NCBI GenBank assembly: GCA_964016885.1
Contig: OZ024758.1
Location: 40,135,096 to 40,199,095, forward strand
Direction of reading: 5' to 3'
Length of the DNA stretch: 64,000 nucleotides
Source of the DNA: Eledone cirrhosa
Taxonomy: Eukaryota
Under the pieces are notes generated by a model. That model was not told the DNA's origin. It made no database searches and worked only from the letters and a program-made list of their open reading frames with translations. Below are positions 12,701 to 25,500 of this stretch, piece by piece. How positions within the stretch are numbered: position 1 is the first letter of the stretch; every line of letters starts with the position of its first letter. A program made the translations under genes and the position numbers.

Positions 12701-15600
12701 AGCTTAGGATAGCTTAGCTTAGGATAGCTTAGGATAGCTTAGCTTAGGATAGCTTAGGATAGCTTAGCTTAGGATAGCTTAGGATAGCTTAGCTTAGGAT
12801 AGCTTAGCTTAGGATAGCTTAGCTTAGCTTAGCTTAGGATAGCTTAGCTTAGCTTAGCTTAGGATAGCTTAGGATAGCTTAGCTTAGGATAGCTTAGGAT
12901 AGCTTAGCTTAGGATAGCTTAGCTTAGGATAGCTTAGCTTAGGATAGCTTAGCTTAGCTTAGGAGAGCTTAGCTTAGCTTAGCTTAGGATAGCTTAGCTT
13001 AGCTTAGCTTAGGATAGCTTAGCTTAGCTTAGCTTAGGATAGCTTAGGATAGCTTAGCCTAGCTTAGCTTAGGATAGCTTAGCTTAGCTTAGCTTAGGAT
13101 AGCTTAGCTTAGCTTAGCTTAGGATAGCTTAGCTTAGCTTAGCTTAGGATAGCTTAGCTTAGGATAGCTTAGCTTAGCTTAGTTTAGGATAGCTTAGCTT
13201 AGGATAGCTTAGCTTAGCTTAGGATAGCTTAGATTAGCTTAGCTTAGGATAGCTTAGCTTAGCTTAGCTTAGGATAGCTTAGCTTAGCTTAGCTTAGGAT
13301 AGCTTAGCTTAGCTTAGCTTAGGATAGCTTAGCTTAGCTTGGCTTAGGATAGCTTAGCTTAACTTAGCTTAGGATAGCTTAGCTTAGCTTAGCTTAGGAT
13401 AGCTTAGCTTAGCTTAGGATAGCTTAGCTTAATTTAGGATAGCTTAGCTTAGCTTGGCTTAGGATAGCTTAGCTTAGCTTAGCTTAGGATAGCTTAGCTT
13501 AGGATAGCTTAGGATAGCTTAGCTTAGCATAGCTTAGGATAGCTTAGCTTAGGATAGCTTAGGATAGCTTAGCTTAGGATAGCTTAGGATAGCTTAGCTT
13601 AGGATAGCTTAGGATAGCTTAGCTTAGGATAGCTTAGCTTAGGATAGCTTAGCTTAGCTTAGCTTAGGATAGCTTAGCTTAGCTTAGCTTAGGATAGCTT
13701 AGGATAGCTTAGCTTAGGATAGCTTAGGATAGCTTAGCTTAGGATAGCTTAGCTTAGTATAGCTTAGCTTAGGATAGCTTAGCTTAGGATAGCTTAGGAT
13801 AGCTTAGCTTAGGATAGCTTAGCTTAGGATAGCTTAGGATAGCTTAGCTTAGCTTAGGATAGCTTAGCTTAGCTTAGCTTAGGATAGCTTAGCTTAGCTT
13901 AGCTTAGGATAGCTTAGGATAGCTTAGCTTAGGATAGCTTAGGATAGCTTAGCTTAGGATAGCTTAGGATAGCTTAGCTTAGGATAGCTTAGCTTAGGAT
14001 AGCTTAGCTTAGCTTAGCTTAGGAGAGCTTAGCTTAGGATAGCTTAGGATAGCTTAGCTTAGGATAGCTTAGCTTAGGATAGCTTAGGATAGCTTAGCTT
14101 AGCTTAGCTTAGGATAGCTTAGCTTAGCTTAGCTTAGGATAGCTTAGCTTAGCTTAGGATAGCTTAGCTTAGCTTACCTTAGGATAGCTTAGCTTAGCTT
14201 AGCTTAGGATAGCTTAGCTTAGCTTAGCTTAGGATAGCTTAGCTTAGCTTAGGATAGCTTAGCTTAGCTTAGCTTAGGATAGCTTAGCTTAGCTTAGCTT
14301 AGGATTACTTAGCTTAGCTTAGCTTAGCTTAGCTTAGGATAGCTTAGCTTAGGATAGCTTAGCTTAGCTTAGCTTAGGATAGCTTAGCTTAGCTTAGCTT
14401 AGCTTAGGATAGCTAAGCTTAGCTTAGGATAGCTTAGCTTATCTTAGCTTAGGATAGCTTAGCTTAGCTTAGCTTAGCTTAGCTTAGGACAGCTTAGCTT
14501 ACCTTAGCTTAGGATAGCTTAGCTTAGCTTAGCTTAGGATAGCTTAGCTTAGCTTAGCTTAGTATAGCTTAGCTTAGCTTAGGATAGCTTAGGATAGCTT
14601 AGCTTAGGATAGCTTAGGATAGCTTAGCTTAGGATAGCTTAGGATAGCTTAGCTTAGGATAGCTTAGCTTAGGATAGCTTAGCTTAGCTTAGCTTAGGAT
14701 AGCTTAGCTTGGGATAGCTTAGGATAGCTTAGCTTAGGAAAGCTTAGCTTAGGATAGCTTAGCTTAGGATAGCTTAGGATAGCTTAGCTTAGCTTAGCTT
14801 AGGATAGCTTAGCTTAGCTTAGCTTAGGATAGCTTAGCTTAGCTTAGGATAGCTTAGCTTAGCTTAGGATAGCTTAGCTTAGCTTAGCTTAGGATAGCTT
14901 AGCTTAGCTTAGGATAGCTTAGCTTAGCTTAGCTTAGGATAGCTTAGCTTAGCTTAGGATAGCTTAGCTTAGCTTAGGATAGCTTAGCTTAGCTTAGGAT
15001 AGCTTAGCTTAGGATAGTTTAGCTTAGGATAGCTTAGGATAGCTTAGCTTAGGATAGCTTAGGATAGCTTAGCTTAGGATAGCTTAGCTTAGCTTAGCTT
15101 AGGATAGCTTAGCTTAGCTTAGGTAGCTTAGCTTAGCTTAGCTTAGGATAGCTTAGCTTAGGATAGCTTAGGATAGCTTAGCTTAGCTTAGCTTAGGATA
15201 GCTTAGCATAGCTTAGGATAGCTTAGCTTAGCTTAGGTTAGCTTAGCTTAGCTTAGGATAGCTTAGCTTAGCTTAGCTTAGGATAGCTTAGCTTAGCTTA
15301 GCTTAGGATAGCTTAGCTTAGCTTAGCTTAGGATAGCTTAGCTTAGCTTAGCTTAGGATAGCTTAGCTTAGCTTAGCTTAGGATAGCTTAGCTTAGCTTA
15401 GCTTAGGATAGCTTAGCTTAGCTTAGCTTAGGATAGCTTAGCTTAGCTTAGTTTAGGATAGCTTAGCTTAGGATAGCTTAGCTTAGCTTAGCTTAGGATA
15501 GCTTAGCTTAGCTTAGCTTAGGATAGCTTAGCTTAGCTTAGCTTAGGATAGCTTAGCTTAATTTAGGATAGCTTAGTTTAGCTTGGCTTAGGATAGCTTA
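9800..15600 (+). repeat. HOR family B: three related units with an internal 0.8 kb tandem duplication
   Basis: GGATT-ACTTA at 9858, 11442, 14302, each followed by GGACA (10053, 11617, 14487), then GCTTG-GGATA, GGAAA and GCATA. Internal duplication marked by GCCTA 12257/13057 and GTTTA 12382/13182. Confidence 0.8.
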
Positions 15601-18600
15601 GCTTAGCTTTGCTTAGGATAGCTTAGCTTAGGATAGCTTAGGATAGCTTAGCTTAGCATAGCTTAGGATAGCTTAGCTTAGGATAGCTTAGCTTAGGATA
15701 GCTTAGGATAGCTTAGCTTAGGATAGCTTAGGATAGCTTAGCTTAGGATAGCTTAGCTTAGGATAGCTTAGCTTAGCTTAGATTAGGATAGCTTAGCTTA
15801 GCTTAGCTTAGGATAGCTTAGGATAGCTTAGCTTAGGATAGCTTAGGATAGCTTAGCTTAGGATAGCTTAGCTTAGGATAGCTTAGCTTAGGATAGCTTA
15901 GGATAGCTTAGCTTAGGATAGCTTAGCTTAGGATAGCTTAGGATAGCTTAGCTTAGCTTAGGATAGCTTAGCTTAGCTTAGCTTATGATAGCTTAGCTTA
16001 GCTTAGCTTAGCTTAGGATAGCTTAGCTTAGCTTAGCTTAGGATAGCTTAAGATAGCTTAGCTTAGGATAGCTTAGCTTAGCTTAGCTTAGGATAGCTTA
16101 GGATAGCTTAGCTTAGGATAGCTTAGGATAGCTTAGCTTAGGATAGCTTAGCTTAGGATAGCTTAGCTTAGCTTAGCTTAGGAGAGCTTAGCTTAGGAAA
16201 GCTTAGGATAGCTTAGCTTAGGATAGCTTAGCTTAGGATAGCTTAGGATAGCTTAGCTTAGCTTAGCTTAGGATAGCTTAGCTTAGCTTAGCTTAGGATA
16301 GCTTAGCTTAGCTTAGGATAGCTTAGCTTAGCTTACCTTAGGATAGCTTAGCTTAGCTTAGCTTAGGATAGCTTAGCTTAGCTTAGCTTAGGATAGCTTA
16401 GCTTAGCTTAGGATAGCTTAGCTTAGCTTAGCTTAGGATAGCTTAGCTTAGGATAGCTTAGCTTAGGTTAGCTTAGCTTAGCTTAGCTTAGGATAGCTTA
16501 GGATAGCTTAGCTTAGGATAGCTTAGCTTAGCTTAGCTTAGGATAGCTTAGCTTAGCTTAGGATAGCTTAGCTTAGGATAGCTTAGGATAGCTTAGCTTA
16601 GCTTAGCTTAGCTTAGGATAGCTTAGCTTAGCTTAGCTTAGGATAGCTTAGCTTAGCTTAGGATAGCTTAGCTTAGCTTAGGATAGCTTAGGATAGCTTA
16701 GGATAGCTTAGGATAGCTTAGCTTAGGATAGCTTAGCTTAGCTTAGCTTAGGATAGCTTAGCTTAGCTTAGCTTAGGATAGCTTAGCTTAGCTTAGGATA
16801 GCTTAGCTTAGCTTAGCTTAGGATAGCTTAGCTTAGCTTAGCTTAGGATAGCTTAGCTTAGCTTAGGATAGCTTAGCTTAGCTTAACTTAGGATAGCTTA
16901 GCTTAGCTTAGCTTAGCTTAGGATAGCTTAGCTTAGCTTAGGATAGCTTAGCTTAGCTTAGCTTAGGATAGCTTAGCTTAGCTTAGGATAGCTTAGCTTA
17001 GCTTAGCTTAGGAGAGCTTAGCTTAGCTTAGCTTAGGATAGCTTAGCTTAGCTTAGCTTAGGATAGCTTAGCTTAGCTTAGCTTAGGATAGCTTAGCTTA
17101 GCTTAGCTTAGGATAGCTTAGCTTAGCTTAGCTTAGGATAGCTTAGCTTAGCTTAGCTTAGGATAGCTTAGCTTAGCTTAGCTTAGGATAGCTTAGGATA
17201 GCTTACCTTAGGAGAGCTTAGCTTAGGATAGCTTAGCTTAGGATAGCTTAGGATAACTTAGCTTAGGATAGCTTAGCTTAGGATAGCTTAGCTTAGGATA
17301 GCTTAGCTTAGGATAGCTTAGCTTAGGATAGCTTAGGATAGCTTAGCTTAGCTTAGGATAGCTTAGCTTAGCTTTGCTTAGGATAGCTTAGCTTAGCTTA
17401 GCTTAGGATAGCTTAGGATAGCTTAGCTTAGGATAGCTTAGGATAGCTTAGCTTAGGATAGCTTAGCTTAGGATAGCTTAGGATAGCTTAGCTTAGCTTA
17501 GCTTAGGATAGCTTAGCTTAGCTTAGCTTTGGATAGCTTAGCTTAGCTTAGCTTAGCTTAGGATAGCTTAGCTTAGCTTAGGATAGCTTAGGATAGCTTA
17601 GCTTAGGATAGCTTAGGATAGCTTAGCTTAGGATAGCTTAGCTTAGGATAGCTTAGCTTAAGATAGCTTAGGATAGCTTAGCTTAGGATAGCTTAGCTTA
17701 GGATAGCTTAGCTTAGCTTAGCTTAGGATAGCTTAGCTTGGGATAGCTTAGGATAGCTTAGCTTAGGATAGCTTAGGATAGCTTAGCTTAGCTTAGCTTA
17801 GGATAGCTTACCTTAGCTTAGGATAGATTAGCTTAGCTTAGCTTAGGATAGCTTAGCTTAGCTTAGGATAGCTTAGCTTAGCTTAGCTTAGGATAGCTTA
17901 GCTTAGGATAGCTTAGCTTAGGATAGCTTAGCTTAGGATAGCTTAGCTTAGGATAGCTTAGCTTAGGTAGCTTAGCTTAGCTTAGCTTAGGTTAGCTTAG
18001 CTTAGCTTAGCTTAGGATAGCTTAGCTTAGGATAGCTTAGGATAGCTTAGCTTAGCTTAGCTTAGGATAGCTTAGCTTAGCTTAGCTTAGGATAGCTTAG
18101 CTTAGCTTAGGATAGCTTAGCTTAGCTTAGCTTAGGATAGCTTAGCTTAGCTTAGGATAGCTTAGCTTAGCTTAGCTTAGGATAGCTTAGCTTAGCTTAG
18201 TTTAGGATAGCTTAGGTTAGGATAGCTTAGCTTAGCTTAGCTTAGGATAGCTTAGCTTAGCTTAGCTTAGCTTAGGATAGCTTAGCTTAGCTTAGCTTAG
18301 GATAGCTTAGCTTAGCTTAGGATAGCTTAGCTTAGCTTAGCTTAGGATAGCTTAGCTTAGCTTAGCTTAGGATAGCTTAGCTTGGCTTAGCTTAGGATAG
18401 CTTAGCTTAGCTTGGCTTAGGATAGCCTAGCTTAGCTTAGCTTAGGATGGCTTAGCTTAGCTTAGCTTAGGATAGCTTAGCTTAGCTTAGCTTAGCTTAG
18501 TTTAGGATAGCTTAGCTTAGCTTAGCTTAGGATAGCTTAGGATAGCTTAGCTTAGGATAGCTTAGGATAGCTTAGCTTAGGATAGCTTAGGATAGCTTAG

Positions 18601-21600
18601 CTTAGGATAGCTTAGCTTAGGATAGATTAGCTTAGGATAGCTTATGATAGCTTAGCTTAGGATAGCTTAGGATAGCTTAGGATAGCTTAGCTTAGGATAG
18701 CTTAGCTTAGGATAGCTTAGGAAAGCTTAGCTTAGCTTAGCTTAGGATAGCTTAGCTTAGCTTAGGATAGCTTAGCTTAGCTTAGCTTAGCTTAGGATAG
18801 CTTAGCTTAGCTTAGCTTAGGATAGCTTAGGATAGCTTAGCTTAGGATAACTTAGGATAGCTTAGCTTAGGATAGCTTAGGATAGCTTAGCTTAGGATAG
18901 CTTAGCTTAGGATAGCTTAGCTTAGCTTAGCTTAGCTTAGGATAGCTTAGGATAGCTTAGGATAGCTTAGCTTAGGATAGCTTAGCTTAGGATAGCTTAG
19001 GATAGCTTAGCTTAGCTTAGCTTAGGATAGCTTAGCTTAGCTTAGCTTAGGATAGCTTAGCTTAGCTTTGCTTAGGATAGCTTAGCTTAGGATAGCTTAG
19101 GATAGCTTAGCTTAGCATAGCTTAGGATAGCTTAGCTTAGGATAGCTTAGCTTAGGATAGCTTAGGATAGCTTAGCTTAGGATAGCTTAGGATAGCTTAG
19201 CTTAGGATAGCTTAGCTTAGGATAGCTTAGCTTAGCTTAGATTAGGATAGCTTAGCTTAGCTTAGCTTAGGATAGCTTAGGATAGCTTAGCTTAGGATAG
19301 CTTAGGATAGCTTAGCTTAGGATAGCTTAGCTTAGGATAGCTTAGCTTAGGATAGCTTAGGATAGCTTAGCTTAGGATAGCTTAGCTTAGGATAGCTTAG
19401 GATAGCTTAGCTTAGCTTAGGATAGCTTAGCTTAGCTTAGCTTATGATAGCTTAGCTTAGCTTAGCTTAGCTTAGGATAGCTTAGCTTAGCTTAGCTTAG
19501 GATAGCTTAGGATAGCTTAGCTTAGGATAGCTTAGCTTAGCTTAGCTTAGGATAGCTTAGGATAGCTTAGCTTAGGATAGCTTAGGATAGCTTAGCTTAG
19601 GATAGCTTAGCTTAGGATAGCTTAGCTTAGCTTAGGAGAGCTTAGCTTAGGAAAGCTTAGGATAGCTTAGCTTAGGATAGCTTAGCTTAGGATAGCTTAG
19701 GATAGCTTAGCTTAGCTTAGCTTAGGATAGCTTAGCTTAGCTTAGCTTAGGATAGCTTAGCTTAGCTTAGGATAGCTTAGCTTAGCTTACCTTAGGATAG
19801 CTTAGCTTAGCTTAGCTTAGGATAGCTTAGCTTAGCTTAGCTTAGGATAGCTTAGCTTAGCTTAGGATAGCTTAGCTTAGCTTAGCTTAGGATAGCTTAG
19901 CTTAGGATAGCTTAGCTTAGGTTAGCTTAGCTTAGCTTAGCTTAGGATAGCTTAGGATAGCTTAGCTTAGCTTAGCTTAGGATAGCTTAGCTTAGCTTAG
20001 GATAGCTTAGCTTAGGATAGCTTAGGATAGCTTAGCTTAGCTTAGCTTAGCTTAGGATAGCTTAGCTTAGCTTAGCTTAGGATAGCTTAGCTTAGCTTAG
20101 GATAGCTTAGCTTAGCTTAGCTTAGGATAGCTTAGGATAGCTTAGGATAGCTTAGGATAGCTTAGCTTAGGATAGCTTAGCTTAGCTTAGCTTAGGATAG
20201 CTTAGCTTAGCTTAGGATAGCTTAGCTTAGCTTAGCTTAGGATAGCTTAGCTTAGCTTAGCTTAGGATAGCTTAGCTTAGCTTAGCTTAGGTTAGCTTAG
20301 CTTAGCTTAACTTAGGATAGCTTAGCTTAGCTTAGCTTAGCTTAGGATAGCTTAGCTTAGCTTAGGATAGCTTAGCTTAGCTTAGCTTAGGATAGCTTAG
20401 CTTAGCTTAGGTTAGCTTAGCTTAGCTTAGCTTAGGAGAGCTTAGCTTAGCTTAGCTTAGCTTAGGATAGCTTAGCTTAGCTTAGCTTAGGATAGCTTAG
20501 CTTAGCTTAGCTTAGGATAGCTTAGCTTAGCTTAGCTTAGGATAGCTTAGCTTAGCTTAGCTTAGGATAGCTTAGCTTAGCTTAGGATAGCTTAGCTTAG
20601 CTTAGCTTAGGATAGCTTAGGATAGCTTACCTTAGGAGAGCTTAGCTTAGGATAGCTTAGCTTAGGATAGCTTAGGATAACTTAGCTTAGGATAGCTTAG
20701 CTTAGGATAGCTTAGCTTAGGATAGCTTAGCTTAGGATAGCTTAGGATAGCTTAGCTTAGCTTAGGATAGCTTAGCTTAGCTTTGCTTAGGATAGCTTAG
20801 CTTAGCTTAGCTTAGGATAGCTTAGGATAGCTTAGCTTAGGATAGCTTAGGATAGCTTAGCTTAGGATAGCTTAGCTTAGGATAGCTTAGGATAGCTTAG
20901 CTTAGCTTAGCTTAGGATAGCTTAGCTTAGCTTAGCTTTGGATAGCTTAGCTTAGCTTAGCTTAGCTTAGGATAGCTTAGCTTAGCTTAGGATAGCTTAG
21001 GATAGCTTAGCTTAGGATAGCTTAGGATAGCTTAGCTTAGGATAGCTTAGCTTAAGATAGCTTAGGATAGCTTAGCTTAGGATAGCTTAGCTTAGGATAG
21101 CTTAGCTTAGCTTAGCTTAGGATAGCTTAGCTTGGGATAGCTTAGGATAGCTTAGCTTAGGATAGCTTAGCTTAGGATAGCTTAGGATAGCTTAGCTTAG
21201 CTTAGCTTAGGATAGCTTACCTTAGCTTAGGATAGATTAGCTTAGCTTAGCTTAGGATAGCTTAGCTTAGCTTAGGATAGCTTAGCTTAGCTTAGCTTAG
21301 GATAGCTTAGCTTAGGATAGCTTAGCTTAGGATAGCTTAGCTTAGGATAGCTTAGCTTAGGATAGCTTAGCTTAGGATAGCTTAGCTTAGCTTAGCTTAG
21401 GTTAGCTTAGCTTAGCTTAGCTTAGGATAGCTTAGCTTAGGATAGCTTAGGATAGCTGAGCTTAGCTTAGCTTAGGATAGCTTAGCTTAGCTTAGCTTAG
21501 TATAGCTTAGCTTAGCTTAGCTTAGGATAGCTTAGCTTAGCTTAGCTTAGGATAGCTTAGCTTAGCTTAGGATAGCTTAGCTTAGCTTAGCTTAGGATAG

Positions 21601-22520
21601 CTTAGCTTAGCTTAGCTTAGGATAGCTTAGCTTAGCTTAGCTTAGGATAGCTTAGCTTAGCTTAGTTTAGGATAGCTTAGGTTAGGATAGCTTAGCTTAG
21701 CTTAGCTTAGGATAGCTTAGCTTAGCTTAGCTTAGCTTAGGATAGCTTAGCTTAGCTTAGCTTAGGATAGCTTAGCTTAGCTTAGGATAGCTTAGCTTAG
21801 CTTAGCTTAGGATAGCTTAGCTTAGCTTAGCTTAGGATAGCTTAGCTTAGCTTAGCTTAGGATAGCTTAGCTTAGCTTAGCTTAGGATAGCTTAGCTTAG
21901 CTTGGCTTAGGATAGCCTAGCTTAGCTTAGCTTAGGATGGCTTAGCTTAGCTTAGCTTAGGATAGCTTAGCTTAGCTTAGCTTAGCTTAGTTTAGGATAG
22001 CTTAGCTTAGCTTAGCTTAGGATAGCTTAGGATAGCTTAGCTTAGGATAGCTTAGGATAGCTTAGCTTAGGATAGCTTAGGATAGCTTAGCTTAGGATAG
22101 CTTAGCTTAGGATAGCTTAGCTTAGGATAGCTTATGATAGCTTAGCTTAGGATAGCTTAGGATAGCTTAGGATAGCTTAGCTTAGGATAGCTTAGCTTAG
22201 GATAGCTTAGGAAAGCTTAGCTTAGCTTAGCTTAGGATAGCTTAGCTTAGCTTAGGATAGCTTAGCTTAGCTTAGCTTAGCTTAGGATAGCTTAGCTTAG
22301 CTTAGCTTAGGATAGCTTAGGATAGCTTAGCTTAGGATAACTTAGGATAGCTTAGCTTAGGATAGCTTAGGATAGCTTAGCTTAGGATAGCTTAGCTTAG
22401 GATAGCTTAGCTTAGCTTAGCTTAGCTTAGGATAGCTTAGGATAGCTTAGGATAGCTTAGCTTAGGATAGCTTAGCTTAGGATAGCTTAGGATAGCTTAG
22501 CTTAGCTTAGCTTAGGATAG
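15600..22520 (+). repeat. Tandem pair of about 3.46 kb HOR units (family C)
   Basis: About 20 landmarks recur in the same order, e.g. GCTTT 15606/19065, GCATA 15656/19115, TGATA 15986/19445, CCTTA-GGAGA 17206/20630, GCCTA 18425/21915, GGAAA 18720/22210. Confidence 0.88.
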
Positions 22521-25500
22521 CTTAGCTTAGCTTAGCTTAGGATAGCTTAGCTTAGCTTAGCTTAGCTTAGGATAGCTTAGCTTAGCTTAGCTTAGGATAG
22601 CTTAGGATAGCTTAGCTTAGGATAGCTTAGGATAGCTTAGCTTAGGATAGCTTAGGATAGCTTAGCTTAGGATAGCTTAGCTTAGGATAGCTTAGGATAG
22701 CTTAGCTTAGCTTAGCTTAGGATAGCTTAGCTTAGCTTAGCTTAGGATAGCTTAGCTTAGCTTAGCTTAGGATAGCTTAGCTTGGGATAGCTTAGGATAG
22801 CTTAGCTTAGGATAGCTTAGCTTAGGATAGCTTAGGATAGCTTAGCTTAGCTTAGCTTAGGATAGCTTACCTTAGCTTAGGATAGATTAGCTTAGCTTAG
22901 CTTAGGATAGCTTAGCTTAGCTTAGGATAGCTTAGCTTAGCTTAGCTTAGGATAGCTTAGCTTAGGATAGCTTAGCTTAGGATAGCTTAGCTTAGGATAG
23001 CTTAGCTTAGGATAGCTTAGATTAGGATAGCTTAGCTTAGCTTAGGTTAGCTTAGCTTAGCTTAGCTTAGGATAGCTTAGCTTAGGATAGCTTAGGATAG
23101 CTTAGCTTAGCTTAGCTTAGGATAGCTTAGCTTAGCTTAGCTCAGTATAGCTTAGCTTAGCTTAGCTTAGGATAGCTTAGCTTAGCTTAGCTTAGGATAG
23201 CTTAGCTTAGCTTAGGATAGCTTAGCTTAGCTTAGCTTAGGATAGCTTAGCTTAGCTTAGCTTAGGATAGCTTAGCTTAGCTTAGCTTAGGATAGCTTAG
23301 CTTAGCTTAGTTTAGGATAGCTTAGGTTAGGATAGCTTAGCTTAGCTTAGCTTAGGATAGCTTAGCTTAGCTTAGCTTAGCTTAGGATAGCTTAGCTTAG
23401 CTTAGCTTAGGATAGCTTAGCTTAGCTTAGGATAGCTTAGCTTAGCTTAGCTTAGGATAGCTTAGCTTAGCTTGGCTTAGGATAGCCTAGCTTAGCTTAG
23501 CTTAGGATGGCTTAGCTTAGCTTAGCTTAGGATAGCTTAGCTTAGCTTAGCTTAGCTTAGTTTAGGATAGCTTAGCTTAGCTTAGCTTAGGATAGCTTAG
23601 GATAGCTTAGCTTAGGATAGCTTAGGATAGCTTAGCTTAGGATAGCTTAGGATAGCTTAGCTTAGGATAGCTTAGCTTAGGATAGCTTAGCTTAGGATAG
23701 CTTATGATAGCTTAGCTTAGGATAGCTTAGGATAGCTTAGGATAGCTTAGCTTAGGATAGCTTAGCTTAGGATAGCTTAGGAAAGCTTAGCTTAGCTTAG
23801 CTTAGGATAGCTTAGCTTAGCTTAGGATAGCTTAGCTTAGCTTAGCTTAGCTTAGGATAGCTTAGCTTAGCTTAGCTTAGGATAGCTTAGGATAGCTTAG
23901 CTTAGGATAACTTAGGATAGCTTAGCTTAGGATAGCTTAGGATAGTTTAGCTTAGGATAGCTTAGCTTAGGATAGCTTAGCTTAGCTTAGCTTAGCTTAG
24001 GATAGCTTAGGATAGCTTAGGATAGCTTAGCTTAGGATAGCTTAGCTTAGGATAGCTTAGGATAGCTTAGCTTAGCTTAGCTTAGGATAGCTTAGCTTAG
24101 CTTAGCTTAGGATAGCTTAGCTTAGCTTAGCTTAGCTTAGGATAGCTTAGCTTAGCTTAGCTTAGGATAGCTTAGGATAGCTTAGCTTAGGATAGCTTAG
24201 GATAGCTTAGCTTAGGATAGCTTAGGATAGCTTAGCTTAGGATAGCTTAGGATAGCTTAGCTTAGGATAGCTTAGCTTAAGATAGCTTAGGATAGCTTAG
24301 CTTAGGATAGCTTAGCTTAGGATAGCTTAGCTTAGCTTAGCTTAGGATAGCTTAGCTTGGGATAGCTTAGGATAGCTTAGCTTAGGATAGCTTAGCTTAG
24401 GATAGCTTAGGATAGCTTAGCTTAGCTTAGCTTAGGATAGCTTACCTTAGCTTAGGATAGATTAGCTTAGCTTAGCTTAGGATAGCTTAGCTTAGCTTAG
24501 GATAGCTTAGCTTAGCTTAGCTTAGGATAGCTTAGCTTAGGATAGCTTAGCTTAGGATAGCTTAGCTTAGGATAGCTTAGCTTAGGATAGCTTAGCTTAG
24601 GATAGCTTAGCTTAGCTTAGCTTAGGTTAGCTTAGCTTAGCTTAGCTTAGGATAGCTTAGCTTAGGATAGCTTAGGATAGCTTAGCTTAGCTTAGCTTAG
24701 GATAGCTTAGCTTAGCTTAGCTTAGTATAGCTTAGCTTAGCTTAGCTTAGGATAGCTTAGCTTAGCTTAGCTTAGGATAGCTTAACTTAGCTTAGGATAG
24801 CTTAGCTTAGCTTAGCTTAGGATAGCTTAGCTTAGCTTAGCTTAGGATAGCTTAGCTTAGCTTAGCTTAGGATAGCTTAGCTTAGCTTAGTTTAGGATAG
24901 CTTAGGTTAGGATAGCTTAGCTTAGCTTAGCTTAGGATAGCTTAGCTTAGCTTAGCTTAGGATAGCTTAGCATAGCTTAGCTTAGGATAGCTTAGCTTAG
25001 CTTAGGATAGCTTAGCTTAGCTTAGCTTAGGATAGCTTAGCTTAGCTTAGCTTAGGATAGCTTAGCTTAGCTTAGCTTAGGATAGCTTAGCTTAGCTTAG
25101 CTTAGGATAGCTTAGCTTAGCTTGGCTTAGGATAGCCTAGCTTAGCTTAGCTTAGGATGGCTTAGCTTAGCTTAGCTTAGGATAGCTTAGCTTAGCTTAG
25201 CTTAGCTTAGTTTAGGATAGCTTAGCTTAGCTTAGCTTAGGATAGCTTAGGATAGCTTAGCTTAGGATAGCTTAGGATAGCTTAGCTTAGGATAGCTTAG
25301 GATAGCTTAGCTTAGGATAGCTTAGCTTAGGATAGCTTAGCTTAGGATAGCTTATGATAGCTTAGCTTAGGATAGCTTAGGATAGCTTAGGATAGCTTAG
25401 CTTAGGATAGCTTAGCTTAGGATAGCTTAGGAAAGCTTAGCTTAGCTTAGCTTAGGATAGCTTAGCTTAGCTTAGGATAGCTTAGCTTAGCTTAGCTTAG

